Below are positions 53,526 through 64,000 of a stretch of 64,000 nucleotides of DNA, piece after piece. Each line of letters opens with the position of its first letter. Position 1 is the first letter of the stretch. Both the position numbers and the translations under genes were made by a program. The notes under the pieces are model-generated. The model did not search any database. It was not told the DNA's origin and saw only the letters and a list, made by a program, of their open reading frames with translations. This DNA is from Octopus vulgaris (Eukaryota), in contig OX597820.1 of assembly GCA_951406725.2 (NCBI GenBank), forward strand, positions 3,100,001 through 3,164,000, written 5' to 3'.

Positions 53526-55690
53526 TAACACATATGCGCATATCTATCTATCTGTCTGTCTGTCTGTGTGTGTGTGGCTGATGCCAGTGTCACCTGACTG
53601 GCTCCTGTGCTGGTGGCACGTAACAGGCCCCTACTACACTCATGGAGTGGTTGGCATTAGGAAGGACATCCAGCTGTAGAAACTCTGCCAGATCAAAATT
53701 GGAGCCTGGTGCAGCCTCCCGGCTTGCCAGTCCCCAGTCAAACCATCAACCCATGCCAGCATGGAAAGTGGATGTTAAATGACGACGACAATGATGCATC
53801 TGATGGACAGCTGACAACTGATGAAGGGTCCTCTCTCTGTGTTTACTTGTCCTCTTTACCATTTTTTCTCGTTGTTTATGCATTTACTTTTTTGCTTACG
53901 TGTCTTATATTGTTTGAACCATTGGTGACATCCTGTTTCCATATATGCATGTATATGTGTGTATGTGTATATATATATATATCATCATCATCGTTTAATG
54001 TCCGCTTTCCATGCTAGCATGGGTTGGACGAATGACTGAGGGCTGGCGAACCAGATGGCTGCACCAGGCTCCAATCTTGATCTGGCAGAGTTTCTACAGC
54101 TGGATGCCCTTCCTAATGCCAACCACTCCGAGAGTGTAGTGGGTGCTTTTACGGGCCACTGGCATGGGGCCAGTCAGGCAGTACTGGCAATGACCACGCT
54201 CGAATCTTTTTACACATGCCTCCGGCACAGGTGCCAGTAAGGCGACGCTGGTAACGATCACGCTCAGATAGTGCTCTTAACACCCTACTAGCACGGGGCT
54301 CGAGTGCCAGTAACGCATATATATATATGTGTGTGTGTGGAGTGTCTGTGTGGTAAGTAGCTTGCTTACCAACCATATGGTCCCAGGTTCAGTACCACTG
54401 CGTGGCACCTTGGCCAAGTGTTTTCTACTATAGCCTTGTAAGTGGATTTGGTAGACGGAAACTGGAAGATGTATATATATTTATATGTATTTGTGTGTAT
54501 ATGTTTGTGTACCTGTTTGCCCACTCAACATTGCTTTTACTTAGTGGTTCAGTAAAAAGAGACCTATAGAATAAGTACTAAGTTTACAAAGAATAAGCTC
54601 TGGGATCGATTTGTTTACTAAAGGTGGTGCTCCAGCATGGTCGCAGTCAAATGACCGAAACAAGTAAAAGAATAAAAATAAATACACACACACACACACA
54701 CACATATACTCTTTACTCTTTTACTTGCTTCAGTCATTTGACTGTGGCCATGCTGGAGCACCACCTTTAGTTGAACAAATCGACCCCAGGACTTATTCTT
54801 TGTAAGCCTAGTACTTATTCTATCAGTCTCTTTTGCTGAGCCCCTAAGTTATGGGGGGATGTAAACACACCAGCATCGGCTGTCGAGCGATGTTGGGCGA
54901 TAGTGAGGGCGAGGACAAACACAGACACACAAACACGTACACACACACATACATATACATATATATATACATAAATGACAGGCTTCTTCCAGTTTTCATC
55001 TACCAAATCCACTCACAAGGCTTTAGTCAGCCTGAGGCTATAGTAGAAGACACTTGTCCAAGGTGTCATGCAATGGAACTGAACCTGGATCCATGTGGTT
55101 CGTAAACAAGCTACTTACCACACATCCACTCCTACACACAATTGTATAATTAGAAAACACTAATCTCATAAAAATGCCTACTCAGGATTTCCTGGTCAAA
55201 ATAACAATTCCTTCTGCCGTTTATCAAGCCGCAAACAAGAACCTGGTCTGCTGGGTTTACATCCTTTGTGGGTTTTCCATTTTTCAGATAATCTTTCATT
55301 CTCTTAATTGATCGAATATTTTTACTACTTGTTGAAACATTACCACATAATGAAGACGTTAAATGAGGATGATGATGATGATGACTATGAGGATGATGAT
55401 GTATATATATATATATCAACATCATCATCATCATCATCATCGTTTAACGTCCGTTTTCCACGCTAGCAGGGGTTGGACAGTTCGACCGGGGTCTGGGAAG
55501 CCAGGGGCTGCACCAGGCTCCAGTCTGATCTGGCAGTGTTTCTACAGCTGGATGCCCTTCCTAACGCCAACCACTCCGTGAGTGTAGTGGGTGCTTTTTA
55601 CGTGCCACCGGCACAGGTGCCAGGGAAGTCTGGCATCAGCCACGATTGGTTGGTGCTTTTTATGTGCCACCGGCACAGAAGCCAGTCGAT

Positions 55691-56002
55691 GGAGGCGCAA
55701 TGGCCCAGTGGTTTGGGCAGCGGACTCGCGGTTGTAGGATCGCAGTTTCGATTCCCAGACCGGGCGTTGTGAGTGTTTATTGAGCAAAAACACCTAAAGC
55801 TCCACGAGGCTCCGGCAGGGGGTGGTGGCAATCCCTGCTGTACTCTTTCACCACAACTTTCTCTCACTCTTTCTTCTGTTGGCCTGTTTGCTTAGCCATA
55901 GGGGTGGCGTCATTTGAAGGCTAAAACAATGCAAAGCGCATTGTGACCAGCGATGTGTTGCAACATCAGATAGCCTGGTCGGTCACGGTGGTTACGGTGA
56001 TA
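55691..56002 (+). mobile_element. SINE with the family D head and body but a different 3' tail
   Basis: Near-identical to the 22378 copy up to ..ctttctctcactctt, then unrelated sequence. Confidence 0.85.
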
Positions 56003-56015
56003 TACATATACATAC

Positions 56016-56069
<54 letters not shown>

Positions 56070-56562
56070 ATATATATAAATACATATATACATACATATA
56101 TATACATACATACATACACACATATATATATCATCATCATCATCATCATCATTTAGCGTCCGTTTTCCATGCTAGCATATATATATATATAGTAGGCGCG
56201 GGCATGGCTATGTGGTTAGGGAGCTTGCTTCCTAGCTATATGGAAGCGGGTTCAGTCCCACTGCGTGGCACTTTGGGTAGGTGTCTTTCACTATAGCCCC
56301 GAGCCTGACTGGAGCTTTGTGATTGAATTCGGTAGGTGGAAGTTACTGCCGTGTGTGTATATGTGCGTGTAGGTGCTTGTGCCTCTCCGAAAGAGAGAGA
56401 GAGAGGGATATGTGTATGTATATATATATAAATACACCCATTTTTATTAAAATTTACTTTCAATTTAGCATTCTGCCTTATTATAATTTTTCCTCTCCTA
56501 TCATTTCCCCATGTGCGGTTAACACAACCCCACCATTTACTGACTTATATAAATACATATAC

Positions 56563-56600
<38 letters not shown>

Positions 56601-56614
56601 ATATATACATATAT

Positions 56615-56711
<97 letters not shown>

Positions 56712-57400
56712 AACATACATACATATGCACACACACACACATATATTATGGTCATATGATTTCCTTTGGACCTATTTGCAACCACTTTTAAGTTTCCTTT
56801 TGAGATTTTATCAATGAATTCCTTTGGCGCCTGAATTCCAGAGTGGGTTTCTCAATGAGAAACCAGCTCCATGCCTTCTTTGATCTGATCATATATTTCC
56901 CACAATCTCATTGTCAGTAATTAGCCTGAGTAATTAGATTCTGTTGTAGTTTTTATTGATGTTTTACTGTGAATTTTTTTTTGTGCAAATTGTATATTTT
57001 ATCTTCTCTCCTTTACTTGTCTCAGTCATTTGACTGTGGCCATACTGGGGCACTGCTTTCAGGGGGTTTTAGTTGAAGAAATTGACCCCAGTACTTATTT
57101 TATAAGCCTGGTACTTATTCCATCAGTTGCTTTTGCTGAACTGCTAAGTTACAGGAATGTAAACACACCAACACCAGTTATCAAGTGATGAGGGGGAGGG
57201 GACACAGATGCAAAGACAAACACATACACACGTGGTTGTGTGGTAAGTAGCTTGCTTACCAACCACATGGTTCTGGGTTCAGTCCCACTGCGAGGCACCT
57301 TGGGCAAGTGTCTTCTACTAGAGCCTTGGTCCAGCCAAACCCTTGTGAGTGGATTTGGTAGATGGAAACTGAAAGAAGCCTGTCGTATGTATGGGTGTTT

Positions 57401-57441
<41 letters not shown>

Positions 57442-58666
57442 CGCATGTGTGTATGTATGTGTGCATATTTGTGTGTTTTTTGTCTCCCACCACCAGCATC
57501 CCTTGACAACTGATGCTAGTGCTGTTCTATGTCCAGTGAATAATAGAACAGTTCAGCAAGAGCAGTTGTCAGTTACTAGGCTTACCAGAGGAATAAGTCA
57601 GGAACAACCATCTGACACTACAGTGAGGAATAAGAGGAGGAGACAGTAGGTACCTATTTCACATGACCTCTGGTTCTTTTTAAAGAATATACCTATATGA
57701 ATGGGCTTCTTTCAATCCTGGCATGGCTAAGGTGTTGATTATCTTAATAATGACACTATTCTCATCATCAGTGGGACTGTTTCAACCTGGTTGGTACAGC
57801 AAAGGAAATACCACACAGTTCAAATGGCGGTGGTGCTGTCATTTCACTACAAGGCAGAAAAATAGAAGAAACTTCAAATAAGTATCATCCAATCATCTAT
57901 GAAAGTTAACATATGTCAACATAATCTAAAAACAAACACCTTCATTGCACACCACACGTTCTAGCATAAACAATAGTTCCTGCTCAAATCAAAAAGAACA
58001 TATCTGTTTTGAGTTGGCTGTTATGAAAGTGTGTGTGCATTTTTTAGAAATTTGTATATGCATGCATGTGTGGACTAAAAATGTCAACTATAAGATACAG
58101 CTCCCATATAATTGCCATCTGAATAAAAAAAAAACTGTGTGAATAATGTAACAAAATGAATAATGTCTGTGTGTGATGGGACAGACAAATATTCTTAATT
58201 TATCAGGTTTAAATTTGCAACACCATGTGTTAGCTATTAAAAAATGTGTACTGAGTAAAAATGATCATAAGCTTGCACTACATAAAAGATATTGGGTGCA
58301 TGCGTGTGCATGCACGTGTGTGTGTGTGAGTGTGACTGTGTATGTGTGTGTGTGTGAGCATGTGTGGGCGTGTGTGAGTGAGTGTGAGTGCATGCACGTG
58401 TATGTGCATGTGCGTATCTGTTAGTGTTTTTCAGAGCAATGAAAAACAAAAATGGTTTCAGGAAATACAGAAAATAAATCTATACCAACAGAAAATTTAA
58501 GAATATTTTCTATTGATTGAAAATGAAAAGAAAAATAAATACTGACGTTCATTTGTTTCACTAAACCCTTCAACGGAATGCCCCAGCATGGCCACGGTCC
58601 ATTGACTGAAACAAATAAGAGATAACAGATAAATGATACTCAACCCTAAAATCTAAGACAGTGAAG

Positions 58667-60090
58667 TGGCAGAATTGGCATGATTGGTAGAATTGGCAGG
58701 ATTAGCAGAATTATCAATATTGGAAGAATTGGCAGGATTGGTAAGATTGGCAGAATTGGTAGGATTGGCAGAATTGGCAGGATTGACAGAATTGTTATAT
58801 TAGCAGAATTATCGGAATGGGCAGAATTGGCATGATTGGTAAGATTGACAGAATTGGTGGGATTGGTAGAATTGGCAGGATTGACGGAATTGTTATATTA
58901 GCAGAATCATCAGAATAGGCAGAATTGGTAACATTGGCAGAATTGGTGGGATTGGTTGAATTGGCAGGATTGACAGAATTGTTATATTAGCAGAATTATC
59001 TGAATGGGCAGGATTGGTAAGATTGGCAGAATTGGTGGGATTGGTTGAATTGGCAGGATTGACAGAATTGTTATATTAGCAAAATTATCGGAATTGGCAG
59101 AAATGGCAGGATTGGTAAGATTGGCAGAATTGGTAGGATTGGCAGGATTGACAGAATTGTTATATTAGCAGAATTATCGGAATTGGTAGAATTGGCAGGA
59201 TTGGTAGAATTGGTGGGGTGGGATTGGTAGAATTGGCAGGATTGACAGAATTGTTATATTAGCAGAATTATCGGAATGGGCAGAATTTGGCAAGATTGGT
59301 AAGATTGGTTGGTGGGATTGGTAGAATTGGCAGGATTGACGGAATTGTTATATTAGCAGAATCATCAGAATAGGCAGAATTGGTAACATTGGCAGAATTT
59401 GTGGGATTGGTTGAATCTGCAGGATTGACAGAATTGTTATATTAGCAGAACTATCTGAATGGGCAGGATTGTTAAGATTGGCAGAATTGGTGGGATTGGT
59501 TGAATTGGCAGGATTGACAGAATTGTTATATTAGCAAAATTATCGGAATTGGCAGAAATGGCAGGATTGGTAAGATTGGCAGAATTGGCAGGATTGACAG
59601 AATTGTTATATTAGCAGAATTATCGGAATTGGTAGAATTGGCAGGATTGGTAAGATTGGCAGAATTGGTGGGATTGGTAGAATTGGCAGGATTGACAGAA
59701 TTGTTATATTAGCAGAATTATCGGAATTGGCAGAATTGGTTTGATTGGCAGGATTGGTGGGATTGACAGCATTGACACAATTGTTATATTAGCAGAATTA
59801 TCGGAATTGGCAGGATTGGTAAGATTGGCAGAATTGGTGGGATTGGTTGAATTGGCAGGATTGACAGAATTGTTATATTAGCAGAATTATCGGAATTGGC
59901 AGGATTGGTAAGATTGGCAGAATTGGTGGGATTGGTAGAATTGGCAGGATTGACAGAATTGTTATATTAGCAGAATTATCTTTATTGGCAGAATTGTCAG
60001 GATTAGTAAGATTGGCAGAATTGGTGGGATTGGTAGATTGTCAGAATTGTTGTATTGTTGTATTATCAGAATTATCGGAATTGGCAGAAC
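58667..60090. repeat. Minisatellite: 10-bp unit (TGGCAGRAT-T) with a higher-order repeat of about 70-90 bp
   Basis: ggcagaattg/ggcaggattg/gtaagattg units punctuated by gacagaattgttatattagcagaattatcggaa. Confidence 0.97.
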
Positions 60091-61639
60091 TGCAAAAGCA
60101 TTGGCCAAAATGCCTTCTTGTTTAAGAATATCTCCCACCCGTCTCTGAGGTCCTTTAAAAGATCAGGGGACTACCTTTTAAACTACCCTTCCCACCTGAC
60201 TAAATGGTATAAAAGAATAAAACAATGGATCTCCTTTTGTTGAAACACTTATAAACAATCTCGTTGTCGTCATTTTGGTTCTTATTCACTCTTCGTCGAC
60301 CTTTCTTATTATTCCTTTCCTTTAAGAGTTACAACCCAAAGGCTGTGGCCATACTGGAGCATCATCATTTAAAGAAATTGGCATTCCATTGTTTACGACA
60401 ATGAGTGTTCCAGTTGATCCAATCAATGGAACAGTCTGCTCATAAGATTAACATGCAGGTGGCCGAGTACTCCACAGACATGTGTACCCTTACTGGTGTG
60501 ACACAAAATATGACAAAGCTGACCCTTTGAATTACAACTCATTTTTGCAAGTTAACCGGACTGGAACAATAGGGATTTTTCTCAAGGATACAATGCAGAT
60601 GGCACGAATGAGGTTGTACCATGTGATTCAAAGGGTTGCTCTTGTCACATTCCATGTCATGCTGAATGTCTTGGAGAACTACGTTAAGCACATGCATGCC
60701 TGTGGAGTACTCAGCCACTTGCACATCAATTTCACGAGCAGGTTGTTGGATGAACTGGAACTCTCAACGTTGCAATCAATGGAATGCAGGTTCAATACTG
60801 AGCAGGCACACAATCTGTTGCTCTGGTCCTGTGACTCCTCTTCTGCTGGATGGGATAGCCATAACTGGATTGATATCTCTAGTGTACTCTGCATACCCAT
60901 GTGGTACCATGTAAAAGCACCCGTGTGGTGCCACTAAAAATGCCTGTATGGAACCATGTGGAAGTACCTGAGCAGTGCCATGTAAAAGACACCCAGCATA
61001 CTCTGTGAAGTGGTTGACATTAGGAAGGGCATCTGGCCATAGAAACCCTGCCAAATCAGACTGGGGTCTGGTGCAGCTCCCTAGATTACCATCTCTGGTC
61101 AAACCATCCAACCTATGCCAGCATGAGCAACGGACATTAAACGATGATGATGATGATGATGATGGTGCCCTCTATAGAGAGGGACTCTGGTGACAGACAA
61201 CATATGAGTGCACTGAGCTTCAAGTGACTTGGATATGATGTATGGGTAGGATAAACCTAACCTGTTTCATGAAGGACCATCTTTATAAATGACCAGAGAG
61301 AAAATCTACAGAAAAGTGTGTCATATGGTAATATGAGCGTGAGAGGAAGAAGATCTTCTGGTGAAAGTTGAATGCATGTGGGTTTTTCTCATCGCTTGTC
61401 ACCAAGAACACAGGTTTCCTGTTAGTTTGCTTCACAACCAAGAGAGGTGACTAATGCTGTGACAAATCACTCGTCACCTTAGCTTCTAATTTCCTCCTCT
61501 GCTTTAATTACTTGTTTACTCTTATCTCATGGCTACACATTTCCATGACACAAATATATACTTCTCGCTCCCACATCTCCTTCGCATACTGTTTCATTAA
61601 CATGTAAGCACGCACACACTCTCTACAAGCAAGCCAACA

Positions 61640-61900
61640 CGGGAGCTACTATGCAGTCACTAAATTGCTAGAAATAGTAGCTAAATCTCCCTTACGTAAC
61701 ACCCAACCTAACATCTTAAATAAGGACAGTACATTTTAAACCATATACAGGATTCATTTAATATACATAGTCTCCAGTAACCAGTCAGCAAAGGAGCCTC
61801 TGTGTGGTCATTTAACTTGCTAGAAATAGTGGTTGAATCTCCCTAAAATAACACCAAACCATTTTAAATGAGGAATGGGCATGTTAGGTAATATAGACCT
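61640..61900 (+). repeat. Unclassified interspersed repeat (..tgctagaaatagtagc.aaatctccc..), tandem pair
   Basis: Related copies at about 49110-49330 (also tandem) and 51165-51270. Confidence 0.6.
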
Positions 61901-62743
61901 TGATACCCTGAGGCAGGGGACTGACGGAGTTATAACAATGTCTGACGGAATGACTTGGAGGATTTATTCTAATTGTTGGCACTCTGAGTAATTTTTCCCC
62001 AACATGATTCTAATTAAATCATCAAAATGTATGAGGAAATAAAGTCAAGATGTATATGAAATATCAGCCCCCACCCACCAGTTTTTCATGCTAAATTCTG
62101 ATCTACATTATCTGAAAAGTATTTGGAGAATATTTCATTAAACAAATACTCGTTTTTTTCTGAAAGTTATGAGGAAACAAATTGAGGCTGTGTGAATTAT
62201 CTGAAAATGTTCTCCCTCTTCTCTTTAAAAAAAGATTTCACAACAAATTTCAATATAATTATAATCTACGCCATCTGAAATGTTCTTGTTGAAAATTTCA
62301 AAAAAGAAATCCCTATTTTTCAGAAAGTTATGAGGAAACAAAATCCAAAGGGGGAAGGCACCTGTAGTTATGCTCTACAAATAAAAACCACTTCTATTTT
62401 TTTAACAACAAATATGAAAGGATTCAGGAATCAACACCATTTGACTGATACAGAATTAAGACTTATAAATGGCACAGCAATTATTTGGGTAATCTTTAAT
62501 TTTCCAGAAGTATAAACAGAGATATTAAAAAATGCAATCTCACAAAGAATTAAGATGTCACAGTGAATGAAATATTCAATGATAAATGAATCCCAAAACT
62601 GCATTTTGTTAATAATATATTGAAATTAGAATTTATAAAAATTTCGTAAACAATATGGTCTTTACAGTTCTATATTTAAGAGATGAGGAATTATGTACAT
62701 TATTTACATTTGACGGATATTTGTCCTCATCTTGTTTGTTTTT

Positions 62744-62790
62744 AACACAATGTTTCTGCTGATATACCCTCCAGCCTTCATCAGGTGTCT
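62744..62790 (-). ncRNA. Minimal type I hammerhead ribozyme motif (decayed)
   Basis: gacac-CTGATGA-a-ggctg[gagggtatat]cagca-GAAAC-att-gtgtt: stem I gacac/gtgtt, stem II, and a stem III with no loop. Confidence 0.65.
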
Positions 62791-62977
62791 TGGGGAAATT
62801 TCGAACCTGGGTTCTCATTCCTAAGGTAATTTTCAATGTTATTATTATTATTATTATTATTATTCAGGTCATTGCTTGGAATCAAATTTGGAATCCTGGG
62901 GTTAGTAGCCAGTGCTCTTAACCACTATGCTAAGATTCCGAGTTTGATTCCAGGCAGTGACCTGAATAATAATAATG

Positions 62978-63047
<70 letters not shown>

Positions 63048-63102
63048 CAACAACATTGAAAAATACCTTAGGAATGAGAACCCAGGTTCGAAATTTCCCC
63101 AA

Positions 63103-63145
63103 GACACCTGATGAAGGCTGGAGGGTTTATCAGCCAAAATGTGTT
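63103..63145 (+). ncRNA. Second copy of the minimal hammerhead motif (core mutated)
   Basis: gacac-CTGATGA-a-ggctg[gagggtttat]cagcc-AAAAT-gtgtt. GAAAC to AAAAT is consistent with CpG decay. Confidence 0.5.
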
Positions 63146-64000
63146 AATAACAAACGAGATGAGGTCAAATATCTGTCAAATGTAAATAAGGTAAATAATG
63201 TGAATATGGATTTTAATAATTACTTCTTTTTTGGTAAAAATTACATAATTCAAACTAAGCAGCTTTCTTTAATGTAGTCTGTACATACATATGCAATGTG
63301 CTTCTTTCAGTTTCCATCTATAAAATCTATTCATATGGTTTATTCAGCCTGGAGCTATTGAAGAAGGCACTTTCCAAAGTACCATGCAGTGGAATTGAAA
63401 CTGAAACTATGTGGTTGGGAAGCAATGTTCTTAACCATGCAGCCACGCCTGAGCATGTATAGAACCAGAAATGAAAATAAACAACAAAATTGTCAAAACA
63501 CATTGTTTATTGGAATTCAGAGGAAACGAAACAGGAAAAGAAATTTCAACAAAACATGGATATAAATTATTCAAAGAGATAAGTTTGTAAACACAAGTGT
63601 CTGCATAAAACCGACTTGGCAATGTTTTGGGCCTTTTGCTGCTTGATGGACATAGGCACCAAGATGTCTGCTCCTTGATGAGGGTGATGTCCTCTCCATA
63701 TTGGTGTTTTCCCTCGACTACACCTCCATCCTTGATCACCCCTCACTATATTCACATCTACCCCCCATTTCTAACCAATTGTTACTCTTCCCCCCTCACA
63801 TTCTTATGAATCTACTCACCCACTCCTTCTCTCACTGACCCACTGTCTCTATCTCCTTTGATGCTCACCTTCTCAAACCTTGAGTATTTACTATGGAAGC
63901 CCATCACCACCATGTTTGCCTTCTTCCCACCTATTTTCACCCACCCCTCTGCTCTATTTTACTTTTGTCTTGCAAGTTATTTGGTGACTTCATGAATGCT

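Larger units (their letters stand above)
62664..63200. mobile_element. Inverted pair of a tRNA-headed element with (AAT)n and a minimal hammerhead motif (Penelope-associated, SINE/retrozyme-like)
   Basis: A minus copy (62932-62664) and a 5'-truncated plus copy (62932-63200) are near-identical inverted repeats. The head has A-box- and B-box-like motifs, and CTGATGA cores lie at 62784-62778 and 63108-63114. Confidence 0.75.

Overview
AT-rich, repeat-dense eukaryotic DNA, most likely an octopus. I infer this from the SINE/RTE families and a cytochrome b NUMT that reads best in the invertebrate mitochondrial code. The only host protein-coding exon I can support is the first coding exon of a MICAL-like gene (calponin-homology domain, minus strand, 6351-6203), which the ORF track missed. 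About 1-27.7 kb is therefore probably intron and 5' region of that gene, with a repeat-free, CpG-retaining candidate promoter block at about 24.5-27.9 kb (CArG box plus TATA box). The rest is tRNA-derived SINEs, RTE/CR1/Tx1 LINE 3' ends, Tc1/mariner/pogo fossils, hAT/piggyBac/Merlin-type MITEs, Helitrons and microsatellites, and almost all ORF-track entries are artefacts of these. Most interesting signals: (1) several hammerhead-ribozyme motifs, including a tRNA-headed element carrying a minimal Penelope-type hammerhead as an inverted pair (62.66-63.2 kb) and a complete type I hammerhead at 46.32-46.41 kb; (2) tandem H-type pseudoknot modules in the RTE 3' UTR; (3) a NUMT inside a MITE; (4) a minisatellite grown from a SINE A-box; (5) a mobile piggyBac MITE dimer. 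All calls are by eye; repeat family names and boundaries are approximate.
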